Below, piece by piece: positions 9,897 through 18,678 of a stretch of DNA of 64,000 nucleotides. The stretch lies in assembly GCA_003444085.1 (NCBI GenBank), contig DLVL01000009.1, forward strand, positions 4,930 through 68,929, in the 5' to 3' direction. The translations under genes were made by a program, and so were the position numbers. The notes under the pieces were generated by a model. The model saw only the letters and a program-made list of their open reading frames with translations. It searched no databases and was not told where the DNA came from. The stretch comes from Kosmotogaceae bacterium. Lineage in GTDB: Bacteria > Thermotogota > Thermotogae > Petrotogales > Kosmotogaceae. Within the stretch, counting starts at the first letter, position 1, and each line of letters opens with the position of its first letter.

Positions 9897-11153
9897 CTAG
9901 AAATTTTCCCAGTACTCGTCAAGTACTCTTTGTGCAAGTCTTGCAGCTCTTTCAAACTCTGCCGTGGCATCGGCGTTCATATCGGTCAGCACTCTCTCCC
10001 AGGCTTCTTGCATTAGATCAAATACTTCTCTGTAGGGTCCATGGAAAGGTCTTCTTCTCGCTACAGTCTCCAGATGCGTATAAGTATGTCTGAACCTTGG
10101 ATCTGCTTCCATCAGTTCCTGCATCTCAGAAGAGTGGAAAGCCGAAATTCTCGAAGTCATGTATCCTGTGCTAAGGGCGTATCTCAGGGAGTTCTCTGGC
10201 GTTGTGAAGAACTTCATAAGTTCCCAGGCAGCCTGTGTTTCAGCGTCAGGATGACCAGCGATCATGTAAAGGTTCCCTCCACCGATCGGAACATCTCCAC
10301 GGACCTTCGGTGGGATGGTCGTCGCTCCAACTTCAAATGGGGCATTTGCAATAAGATAACCAAGACTACCGGTTGAGCGGATCATCTGACCGATGTTTCC
10401 AGTCATGTCAAGGTCGCTACCGCCCGTGATCGTCATAACTGCTGTTCCTTCCCTGATAAGATCCTGGAAGAACTGCGCGGCAGCGATCGCCTCGGGTGAA
10501 CCAAAGAGAATCGTTTTGCCGTCCTCTGAGATAACTTCTCCGCCAGCTTGCCATATGTACATCTCTATCAGCCAGTCAGCAGAGTCAACCCTGAATCCGA
10601 ACACTTCTGGACCAAGAGCGGAGATCTTTCTCGCATTGTAGACAAGTTCATCCCAAGTTGCTGGTGGTTTCTCAGGGTCAAGTCCAGCTCTCTCGTAGAG
10701 ATCCTTGTTGTAGTAAAGGATAGGGGTGCTGTTGTTCAGAGGGAACCCGTGAAGCTTTCCGTAATAGACTGTGTTGTCCAGAAGTCTCGGAAAGAAGTCG
10801 TCCATCTGAGCCTTGAATTCGGGATCGTTATCGATGAGCGGCTCCAGAATCTGTATTGCACCACCGTCAACAAGTTGACCCACACGGCTCTGCTCAACTT
10901 GAACAAGATGTGGCAGATCACCCGAAACAAGTCCCACCAGAACCTTTACCATCGTGTCATCGTAGTTTCCGCTGTAGACAGGAGTAACATGAATCTCTCC
11001 CTCGTGCAACTTGTTGAAGTCCTCACAGATGTCGATGATCGCCTGGGAGTAAAGTCCTGTCTGCGCATACCAGAGCTCAAGTCGAATTACACCCAGCAGT
11101 AAAGAACAGGTGAGAAGAAGCAAAAGCACTACTAGCAGTTTCTTCATACTCAT
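9897..11153 (-). CDS. ABC transporter substrate-binding protein, family 1 (CUT1 sugar / glycerol-phosphate type)
   Basis: 418 aa. It has an N-terminal signal/anchor (KKLLVVLLLLLTCSLLLG) and SBP_bac_1-like composition. It follows two CUT1-type permease genes. Confidence 0.85.
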   Translation of the reverse strand: MSMKKLLVVLLLLLTCSLLLGVIRLELWYAQTGLYSQAIIDICEDFNKLHEGEIHVTPVYSGNYDDTMVKVLVGLVSGDLPHLVQVEQSRVGQLVDGGAIQILEPLIDNDPEFKAQMDDFFPRLLDNTVYYGKLHGFPLNNSTPILYYNKDLYERAGLDPEKPPATWDELVYNARKISALGPEVFGFRVDSADWLIEMYIWQAGGEVISEDGKTILFGSPEAIAAAQFFQDLIREGTAVMTITGGSDLDMTGNIGQMIRSTGSLGYLIANAPFEVGATTIPPKVRGDVPIGGGNLYMIAGHPDAETQAAWELMKFFTTPENSLRYALSTGYMTSRISAFHSSEMQELMEADPRFRHTYTHLETVARRRPFHGPYREVFDLMQEAWERVLTDMNADATAEFERAARLAQRVLDEYWENF

Positions 11154-11186
11154 CCAACCTCCTTATGAAATGATGTTATCTCGCCG

Positions 11187-12017
11187 TCATTCCTTCAAAC
11201 CGCTCAATGTGATACCCTCTATAAATTGTTTCTGAACAAAGAAGAAGAACACAATAACTGGCACAATAACAGTGCTGGAAGCAGCCATGAGTTGCGACCA
11301 TGGTGTCATCCACGAAGTCGAGAACCTCGATAGTCCAACCTGAATTAGCTGCATCTCATCCCTGCTAATCGCAACAAGCGGCCATATGTAGCTGTTCCAC
11401 GACGCCAAGAACACATATAGACACATCGTCCACAATGCAGGCTTTGAAAGTGGGAGAATGATCTCCCAAAGGATTCTGAACCTCCCGCAACCATCTATCA
11501 TTGCTGCATCCTCCAGTTCTCGAGGGATCGTCATGAAGAACTGCCTGAGCAAGAATATCCCAAAAGCATGAGCCATGAAGGGGAGAATTAAGGCTTTGTA
11601 GGAGTTGATCCAGCCAAATTGCCTCACGATTAGGTAAAGTGGGACCATCGTCACTTCTTCCGGAATCATCAGGGTTCCTATAATCAGGGCAAAGACTATG
11701 CTACTGCCGCGAAAACGTATTCTAGACAGGCCATAAGCTGCTAGCACGTTGAAGACAAGCTGGAGAGCCATTACGGATCCAGACACAAAAAGTGTGTTTG
11801 CGATGTACCGCAGCATTGGGACTGCCTCGAATGCTTCAACATAATTCTTGAAGCTGAACAGCGTAGGGTAGAATTTGGGAGGAATAGAGAAGACGTCCTG
11901 TTCCGGCTTGAATGAAGTGACGATCATCCAGAAGAATGGCAGATTAATGGCTATTGCAGCAGCTGTTAGTGCAAGGTATACAAGTAGTCTAACCGAAAAA
12001 TGAGGTTTGCGAATCAT
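11187..12017 (-). CDS. ABC transporter permease (CUT1, MalG/UgpE-like)
   Basis: 276 aa, about 6 TM segments, EAA-loop-like ELEDAAMIDGCGRFRILWEIILPL. Confidence 0.9.
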   Translation of the reverse strand: MIRKPHFSVRLLVYLALTAAAIAINLPFFWMIVTSFKPEQDVFSIPPKFYPTLFSFKNYVEAFEAVPMLRYIANTLFVSGSVMALQLVFNVLAAYGLSRIRFRGSSIVFALIIGTLMIPEEVTMVPLYLIVRQFGWINSYKALILPFMAHAFGIFLLRQFFMTIPRELEDAAMIDGCGRFRILWEIILPLSKPALWTMCLYVFLASWNSYIWPLVAISRDEMQLIQVGLSRFSTSWMTPWSQLMAASSTVIVPVIVFFFFVQKQFIEGITLSGLKE

Positions 12018-12916
12018 TGGTAATGCACCCTCTTCCTACTCAGTCTGAATTGTAGCAAGGTGAAAAGAAAGAGAAGAACAAACATTACTATTGCTATGGC
12101 CGATGCATATCCCATCCTCAAGTAGACGAAAGCGTTCTCGTAAAGGAAGTAAGTAATAACTCTCGTGCTTCTTGCTGGCCCTCCTTGCGTCATGACACTT
12201 ACAGATACAAACACCCTGAAAGAAGCAATAAACTGCAATACCGCAACGAATAGAGTTGTCGGTGAAAGAAGAGGAAGGGTAATGGAAAAGAAGCTCTTCA
12301 CTGGACCGGCCCCATCAATCCTGGCAGCTTCGTAGTAAACGCCAGGGATCGTTTGAAGACCAGCAAGGAAAAAGATCGTATTGTATCCAACTCTTTTCCA
12401 GATACCCACAATGATCAGCGCAACCATAGCCCAGTCAGTACTGTTCAGCCAACCTTTAGGCGAGATTCCTACAAGACCTATGAGATAGTTAACAAGACCA
12501 ACATTTGGCTCAAAGAGCCATCCCCAGACCACAGCAGCAGCTGCCATAGATGTTATTACAGGTATATAGAACATTACCCGGAAGAAGGCCATTCCTTTTA
12601 TCCACTTCACGTTGAGAAGTAAGGCGAGTAATAAAGCCAGTATTATCGATGCCGGAACAGTGCCGATAACATAGATGAAGGTGAGATACATTGATCTCCA
12701 GAAAGCATCGTCCTGCATGAGATTGATGTAGTTTTGCATCCCTACCCATCTCATGGGTGTTATCATGTTCCATCTATGCAAACTCACCCATGCCGCATAA
12801 CCAAGCGGGACATATACGAAGATTATCTGAACAGCTAGAGCGGGACCAACTGCGACCCAGGCAGAGATGGTATCTTTAACTGCTTTTCTTGAAGCCAATT
12901 CAACCCCCCCAAACAA
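12014..12916 (-). CDS. ABC transporter permease (CUT1, MalF/UgpA-like)
   Basis: About 6 TM segments, EAA loop YYEAARIDGAGPVKSFFSITLPL. It has a 4-nt overlap with the next permease. The start is uncertain. The track start is TTG at 12916, inside a terminator T-tract. TTG at 12898 (G-rich SD 5 nt upstream) is an alternative. Confidence 0.85.
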   Translation of the reverse strand: MFGGVELASRKAVKDTISAWVAVGPALAVQIIFVYVPLGYAAWVSLHRWNMITPMRWVGMQNYINLMQDDAFWRSMYLTFIYVIGTVPASIILALLLALLLNVKWIKGMAFFRVMFYIPVITSMAAAAVVWGWLFEPNVGLVNYLIGLVGISPKGWLNSTDWAMVALIIVGIWKRVGYNTIFFLAGLQTIPGVYYEAARIDGAGPVKSFFSITLPLLSPTTLFVAVLQFIASFRVFVSVSVMTQGGPARSTRVITYFLYENAFVYLRMGYASAIAIVMFVLLFLFTLLQFRLSRKRVHYQ

Positions 12917-12953
12917 AAAAGAGCGACAAGAAAACCCGTGGTTTTCCCGTCGT
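12914..12953 (-). terminator. intrinsic terminator-like hairpin downstream of oraE, abutting the permease start
   Basis: Minus-strand RNA: GACGACGGGAAAACC-ACG-GGUUUUCUUGUCGC, 13 contiguous pairs including 2 G-U, followed by UCUUUUUUG. The hairpin is weaker on the plus strand, so it is minus-strand specific. Confidence 0.6.
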
Positions 12954-13130
12954 CTCTACCACACTCTGTATCCTACCATTTGAGAGCAATAATCTTGAAG
13001 ACGCCCTGTCCTCTCTCTGAGACGATCAAAGCGGATCATATGACACAAGCAGCATCTAACTCACTCATTCTCAGAATTGTATACTTTCCAGGTCCAGTTT
13101 CTGAACCCGCAAAGATGCGGCCGCAGACCT

Positions 13131-15320
13131 TCACTTGTTCCGACGCAGTTTCCTTACAAGGAAACTAGCGACATGAATTCCATGGGTTCCTCGTCCAAAA
13201 CCTGCATCCATTCCTGCAGACACAGCAAGTTCATTTGTAATTTGCGTGCCACCAGCGATGAGCATTAATCTGTCGCGCACACCCTTTTCAATGGCGAGTT
13301 CATGGATCTTCTTTAGATTCGCAACATGAACGTCATTGTGAGTGACAATCGTGGATATCAGAATCACCCTTGCATCAGTCTCCAGAGCAGCATCAATGAA
13401 TTTCTCGGGCGGAACGCTTGTGCCGAGATAAGTATACTTGATCCCATACTTCTCGATTCCTCCGTGCTTGACATCAAGGATTTCTCTTATTCCTACAGAG
13501 TGTTCGTCGTTGCCCACTGTCCCTGCAACTACTCTTGTAGGGTTCTTATCAAAGAATTCAAAGATTTCCTCTTCTTCAAGCAGGTAGGGCTTTTCAGGCA
13601 GCTTCAGAGAGTTGCGATCGAGCTTGAATGGGACGCGAGCTTTAACCTCGAGATAGACTCCCTCAGACGGGTGCAGAACAGTTTTTCCCAGAACCACAGG
13701 TTCCTCGAGACCCAATCTTCTGGCAATCTCGATAGCAGCAGCTTCAGCGTATTCTTCTTTATCAGGTATCGTCATGTCAAGCTGGATCCAACCATCCCCT
13801 GCCCATTCAACTTCAGGTATCACAGCATTTGCAACTCGATCTTTCAATATGGGTTCCATTCTCTTTGCAACACAATCACTTTCATCAAGTTCGTTAATGA
13901 ACTGTATCTTCTCAGGAGAATGCAATGAACAGCCTTTTATGAGATCACAGGGCTTTTCAATTCTATCTGGAAGATTGTTCATGCCGAAATGGTCGCACAC
14001 TGGTGCCATATAGTCCTGGTCCCTGGGGATAACCGTGTTTACGCCCAGGCCACCATCTTTCGGTCTTGCTATACCATCGCCTGCACGTTCAGGATAGAAG
14101 CCATTGTCCACAAAGAAACCATCTTCTGCTGCCTGGAAGTAACCCCCTACTTGAAGTATTTCCTCCATGAAGAGGATAGCCCGCATCTTCAGTTCTCTTA
14201 TCTGCGGTCTTACCTTTTCTTCATTCACTTTTAGCAGATCTTTGATCCCGTCAAGAGCTATGAGAGTGTGCTTTGCTGTCTCCACGCCTTTGATAGAATT
14301 CACGTGCCAGGGAACGTTGCGCCCTTCGTCAGGTGTTATTGTAGATTGAACATCAGCAGAAGTGAGACGAGAGATCAACGTATCAAGAACATGAATTCTT
14401 GTTGCGTCTATCAAATCTGATTCGATATATCTCGTGTTCATCTGTGCTCTGAACTTATAACCTTTGAAGAGTTCGCGCAATGTCAGCGCGTAAATGAAGT
14501 TCATCTTAAATTCCGGTGCTGGAGCACTCACTGGGGGAACCGTTGAAAGTGCGATGTTCTCTTTATTCATTCCTGCCTTTACTGAATAGGCACAGTTCAA
14601 TGCGTGCTGAACGAGGAGTTCTGGCATAACTTTCCAGGCTCTCTTTGCAGAAGCATTGGCGTTGTGAGCACCATCTATCTGCAGCATTCCCGATGAAGCC
14701 ATTATCCTCTTCGCCACTGCAGCATCAACAAAAGACCTTACCGGATTTATGCCCCTGTAAAGTATATTGTACTGAGGGTCCTGATGAGCACCGTTAACTC
14801 CTTCTTCAGCAAAAAGCACTGCGATCTCAGGACCGGCAATCCCGCTGACATAGCTGTGGAAGTTGATGGGCCGTCCAACTTCCTCTTCAATCATGTCAAG
14901 AGCCTTGCGACTTGCGCGGAGTTGTTTGCGCGTGATCGGAATCCCTCCAATTCCTTCAGGGGTCCCTTCAATGAGTCCATCGATATGGCTCTGTCCAAGT
15001 GTGCGAATTACCATAATATGGTCTGCTCCATGCCACGCGGCCATTCGCATCCTTCGGATATCGTCTTCAAATCTCCCCGAAGCAATTTCCGAAGTGATAA
15101 CACAGTCAGGCTGTGGATCTATGTTCCCGAAGTAGTGTGCTGCCGGAAGGGGAACAGAGTTTTTTAGTGGTTCACTTATCTGATCATATTGAAAATGACC
15201 AACGGTTGTTCCTTTAGGGAGTTTCTTCCTCCAGGTCCAACCCTTTCTCTTTGGCCTATAGTTTTCAAGATCTTCAAGGATCTTCTCGACAGCAAGTTTT
15301 TCGTTCTTTCTAAGAGCCAT
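13131..15320 (-). CDS. oraE: D-ornithine 4,5-aminomutase, large (beta) subunit, AdoCbl- and PLP-dependent
   Basis: 729 aa from ATG 15320 (SD GGAGGG). The C-terminal B12-binding module carries DxHxxG (GNDEHSVGIREIL). A small OraS-like gene lies immediately upstream. The 126 aa + 729 aa size pattern fits OraS/OraE, not KamD/KamE. Confidence 0.88.
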   Translation of the reverse strand: MALRKNEKLAVEKILEDLENYRPKRKGWTWRKKLPKGTTVGHFQYDQISEPLKNSVPLPAAHYFGNIDPQPDCVITSEIASGRFEDDIRRMRMAAWHGADHIMVIRTLGQSHIDGLIEGTPEGIGGIPITRKQLRASRKALDMIEEEVGRPINFHSYVSGIAGPEIAVLFAEEGVNGAHQDPQYNILYRGINPVRSFVDAAVAKRIMASSGMLQIDGAHNANASAKRAWKVMPELLVQHALNCAYSVKAGMNKENIALSTVPPVSAPAPEFKMNFIYALTLRELFKGYKFRAQMNTRYIESDLIDATRIHVLDTLISRLTSADVQSTITPDEGRNVPWHVNSIKGVETAKHTLIALDGIKDLLKVNEEKVRPQIRELKMRAILFMEEILQVGGYFQAAEDGFFVDNGFYPERAGDGIARPKDGGLGVNTVIPRDQDYMAPVCDHFGMNNLPDRIEKPCDLIKGCSLHSPEKIQFINELDESDCVAKRMEPILKDRVANAVIPEVEWAGDGWIQLDMTIPDKEEYAEAAAIEIARRLGLEEPVVLGKTVLHPSEGVYLEVKARVPFKLDRNSLKLPEKPYLLEEEEIFEFFDKNPTRVVAGTVGNDEHSVGIREILDVKHGGIEKYGIKYTYLGTSVPPEKFIDAALETDARVILISTIVTHNDVHVANLKKIHELAIEKGVRDRLMLIAGGTQITNELAVSAGMDAGFGRGTHGIHVASFLVRKLRRNK

Positions 15321-15690
15321 TATGCTTCCCTCCCTTGAAGAGCTGTTCAGCAATTTCCCAGTGCTTGCCCTCAATAAGCTCCTGCCCTGCCTCCAAAACA
15401 GATCGTCGTATGTGATCTGAGAGCTTAAGAACAACATGCCCGGCGCCCTTTCCAAGGAGTCCATGTTCAGAGATCTTCGAGACAAGCTCCTTTGCCTGTA
15501 AACTGTTAAAACCCATTCTCAGAAGAACAGATCTCTCGATTGACGGACTGGTATGGGTTCTGGCGAGCTCTATCAGTGGTTCGGTAATCAGATCTGCAAG
15601 CTCCCAGAAGTATCTATCAAGCTCTTCATCCGTCATCTTCTTTAGTTTGGCGCTTCGTTTTTCAAGATCATCGTTTCGTGGTTTAGCCAT
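15310..15690 (-). CDS. oraS: D-ornithine 4,5-aminomutase, small (alpha) subunit
   Basis: 126 aa from ATG 15690 (SD GGAGGA). It overlaps the ortB stop by 8 nt and ends 11 nt inside oraE. Size and position match OraS. Confidence 0.8.
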   Translation of the reverse strand: MAKPRNDDLEKRSAKLKKMTDEELDRYFWELADLITEPLIELARTHTSPSIERSVLLRMGFNSLQAKELVSKISEHGLLGKGAGHVVLKLSDHIRRSVLEAGQELIEGKHWEIAEQLFKGGKHNGS

Positions 15691-17095
15691 TCCTTGATTC
15701 CTCCTCAATGATTCTCTTTATGGTCCAGCTGTCAGTATGTAATTCTTCGGAAAGAAATTGCATCTCTTGATCTGTAAATGATTCCTTTCCTTCTGTGAGC
15801 AGTCGCTTCAGATAGGATGTCCTGAGCCTGTTCATCGGGATCTCCTTATATGAGAATTGCGAGAAGTCCTGAGGTATAACAATTCGTTCACCCGGACTGT
15901 CAAGTTTCCGTGGATCTCCTCGCATTACCTCTATCCCCTGGTTCTTTGCGAAAGTAAGCTGCGCAGAGGGTGCTTTTCCTGCACCGGTGTATTCTGTCTC
16001 CTGAACAACCATAACCTCGTCTTCAGGAAGCTCTCTAGCAAGAGCAATTGCAGCTGCAAGTGATGTGTTTCCTGCTGGGCCTCGTTGCATACCCTCGAGT
16101 CTTGCCAGAATCTCTGTAGCAAAGAAGACCTCGCCCTGTGTAACAAGCACGTATTTATCCATATATCTCAGAGGTCTTGCTGCATTCCTTGGAACATCCG
16201 AACGATCCGGAGCTACTGCAAAAGGAACACCAAAACCCGTGTGGCCTGTCGTAAATGACTTCTTGTTGAAGTCAGTGTCACTGGCCATGTGTAAGCCTGT
16301 AAGCTCAACGCTTGCAGCAATGATCTTGCATTTATCTGCTCCTGCCTTCTTCAAGCCCCGTGACGTTCCGGTCAGATTTCCCCCGCCAGCGTGCGTTACA
16401 ACAACATGATCAGGATCTCTGCCAAGCTGTTCGCGGCACTGATTGACGATTTCAGTCCCTAGCGTCTCTACACCAGCAATTCCATAAGGTGTATAAAGCG
16501 ATGCGTTGAAGAATCCTGTCTCTTCAAGAAGTCTCAAGAGGTAATAGAAGAGTTCAGGTCCGACACTGAGCTGAATGACCTCTGCGCCATATGATTCGCA
16601 TGCTCTTCCCTTTTCAAGGATTTCTGGCTGCCCCATTCCTCTACTGTCAAAGGTTTCCTGAAGGACGATACATTTCAACCCTCGACGAGCCGCCTGTGAT
16701 GCTACCGCTGCACCGTAGTTACCGCTTGTGGCAGCAATGACTCCATCAAACCCTCTGTCTTTCGCAACATACATGCTGAGAGATGCACGGCGATCCTTGA
16801 AGCTACCAGAAAGGCTTGCCGCTTCGTCCTTCACGAAGATGTGGGCACCATGACCTTTCTTCGCATGCGATCTAACCAATCTGCTTATGTTCTTCAGCTC
16901 TACAAGAGGGGTGCAGCCAACTCCAGCTTCTTTTTGAATCTCGGCTACTTCTGAAATGTCCGGTGCTGTCTTTGTCATTAACTCCTCATAATCAAAGACA
17001 ATGCCGTCTCGCTCAAACTCAGAGTAGTCTATTCCCACAGAGCTCTTCATTATCTCGTTTTTTCTGGACATAACTGCCCTGTATGATTTATCCAT
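15683..17095 (-). CDS. ortB: 2-amino-4-oxopentanoate thiolase, beta subunit (PLP, fold type II)
   Basis: 470 aa. The PLP-lysine motif SGSFKDRRASL and a Trp-synthase-beta-like fold signature are present. It sits between ortA-like and oraS-like genes. Confidence 0.82.
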   Translation of the reverse strand: MDKSYRAVMSRKNEIMKSSVGIDYSEFERDGIVFDYEELMTKTAPDISEVAEIQKEAGVGCTPLVELKNISRLVRSHAKKGHGAHIFVKDEAASLSGSFKDRRASLSMYVAKDRGFDGVIAATSGNYGAAVASQAARRGLKCIVLQETFDSRGMGQPEILEKGRACESYGAEVIQLSVGPELFYYLLRLLEETGFFNASLYTPYGIAGVETLGTEIVNQCREQLGRDPDHVVVTHAGGGNLTGTSRGLKKAGADKCKIIAASVELTGLHMASDTDFNKKSFTTGHTGFGVPFAVAPDRSDVPRNAARPLRYMDKYVLVTQGEVFFATEILARLEGMQRGPAGNTSLAAAIALARELPEDEVMVVQETEYTGAGKAPSAQLTFAKNQGIEVMRGDPRKLDSPGERIVIPQDFSQFSYKEIPMNRLRTSYLKRLLTEGKESFTDQEMQFLSEELHTDSWTIKRIIEEESRNG

Positions 17096-17411
17096 CCGAA
17101 TGACCTTCCTCTTTCAGCGATCTGTAAAGGGCAGAAATCATCTGGCCAGCATCAGAGAGCTCTGGAACATGAGAACCAAAGTCATGGGTATAGGAAGGCT
17201 CGATCTGAATAAGTTCGCCATCAAGTCTTCGGCCAATTACAGTCTTTATGGTAACTGCATCTCCGATAGAAGCCTCAGAATCTTCCAGGTACCCCTTGAC
17301 CCGCATAACATATGGCACCTTCTTGGTATCTTCGGGGATGTTCTCCGCTCTATTCGAGGGTGAGAGCACCTCTGCCAGGATCTGCACCCACTGTCCCTTG
17401 ACAGCCTTCAT
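17088..17411 (-). CDS. ortA: 2-amino-4-oxopentanoate thiolase, alpha subunit
   Basis: 107 aa from ATG 17411 (MKAVKGQWVQI...). This small subunit is encoded directly upstream of ortB with an 8-nt overlap. The call rests mainly on context and size. Confidence 0.72.
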   Translation of the reverse strand: MKAVKGQWVQILAEVLSPSNRAENIPEDTKKVPYVMRVKGYLEDSEASIGDAVTIKTVIGRRLDGELIQIEPSYTHDFGSHVPELSDAGQMISALYRSLKEEGHSDG

Positions 17412-17415
17412 CCGA

Positions 17416-18438
17416 TCAGCTCCTGATTGCATTGAAAAGCATTCTTGGCAGTGGCAAATCAATCATCGTCAGCAGTCCCGGTTCAGCCTCCACTATCGCA
17501 GGAATCGAATTCGTGGCGACAGCTATAGTACCTTTCCCGCCAGGAATCTCAGGCCTAATCGAAAGGTGGATATCCGGGTCTCCTTCAATATCTATGTAGT
17601 CTCCTGTCTCAATCGATTCAAGCTCAGGCAGTATCTGCTGAGGATGTATAAGTTCAATCACGACATCGTCTCCGACATAACCCTTAGCAGTATGGCGGCA
17701 TCCCGCAACCATTCCTGGCTTAACATGAACAATGTCTGTCTTACGTTCCGTGTTGGAAATGATTGGTTCACGGTCCTCTTCAATTCTTGTGAGTCCAATT
17801 CCTAACGCTTCAGCAATCATTGCGATAGACTGTGGAAAACCAATGTGGCCAACAATAGTACCGTTGTCAACACCTTTTCTAAAGTCCTCCGGAGTTGATC
17901 CCACTCCCTGCGTTTCCATTACAGTCCTGCCAAAAGGCGACAGGTCATTGATTCTGCTTGCCTTGATCCGTTTCACATCAATGCAGACCCCTGTCATTGC
18001 AATAATCAATGCATCGAGCACAAATCCAGGGTTTATTCCTGTTCCCAGAACGCTTACACCATTTCTTACAGCAAGGCTGTGGATAATCTCTGACTCAATC
18101 GGGTGGCTGTGAAAGGGATACGCAAGTTCTTCTGCTATTGTAATAACATTCAAGTGTCTCTCAACTGCCAGTTGTATCTTGTCAGTAACCTCGGAAACGA
18201 AAGAATTCGTGGCAATTACAACAACATCTGGAGTTGTCTTGTCAATCGCTGTCAAAGGATCAGCAAAGACACTGATTCCCATTTTGTCCTTGCCCAGGAC
18301 TTCTCCAAGATCTCTGTTCACTTTTCGGGGATCCTTCTCAACAGCACCCACCAGTCTCAACTCTGGTTTGAGCGAGATGTTCCTGGCTATTCCGCTGCCC
18401 ATCGCTCCAAGTCCCCAAACGAGCACTCTGTACGGCAT
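17416..18438 (-). CDS. ord: 2,4-diaminopentanoate dehydrogenase (DapB-like NAD(P) oxidoreductase)
   Basis: 340 aa. It has an N-terminal Rossmann motif [12 protein letters not shown] and a dihydrodipicolinate-reductase-like architecture. First gene of the ornithine cluster. Confidence 0.82.
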   Translation of the reverse strand: MPYRVLVWGLGAMGSGIARNISLKPELRLVGAVEKDPRKVNRDLGEVLGKDKMGISVFADPLTAIDKTTPDVVVIATNSFVSEVTDKIQLAVERHLNVITIAEELAYPFHSHPIESEIIHSLAVRNGVSVLGTGINPGFVLDALIIAMTGVCIDVKRIKASRINDLSPFGRTVMETQGVGSTPEDFRKGVDNGTIVGHIGFPQSIAMIAEALGIGLTRIEEDREPIISNTERKTDIVHVKPGMVAGCRHTAKGYVGDDVVIELIHPQQILPELESIETGDYIDIEGDPDIHLSIRPEIPGGKGTIAVATNSIPAIVEAEPGLLTMIDLPLPRMLFNAIRS

Positions 18439-18678
18439 ACAATCACCTCCAATGGCTTCTATGCTTCATTTCGATGATATCATCACCCCATGAAGCTCTC
18501 CACAGCCTGCTAAGGCGACTAAGCCTGCGTAATGGTCGCTATCGACGGCTATCCGGAGTATACGACGCTATTCGGAAGTATGTTTGATTATATGCATGTG
18601 CTTGAAGACGCATTATCCAAGATTCCTGGCAGACAGCAAAGGTTACTACCAGTGAAAGGCAGAATTACCCCTGAACTA

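Noticed and set aside
10548-11102. 184-aa plus-strand ORF. Similar long antisense ORFs lie at 13326-13928, 17248-17805, 40041-40643, 41407-41880, 47976-48434, 54948-55400 and 62356-62844.
   Set aside because: Each lies wholly inside a confidently assigned gene on the other strand and lacks start-site signals. Their frequency reflects codon and purine bias, not overlapping genes.
18439-18678. Cobalamin riboswitch upstream of the AdoCbl-dependent ornithine cluster
   Set aside because: I looked for the B12-box (AGYCMGGAGACCKGCC-like) and the GGGAA/GGTG core on the minus strand and did not find them. Only the repeats and the palindrome are reported. A covariance-model scan is still needed to be sure.
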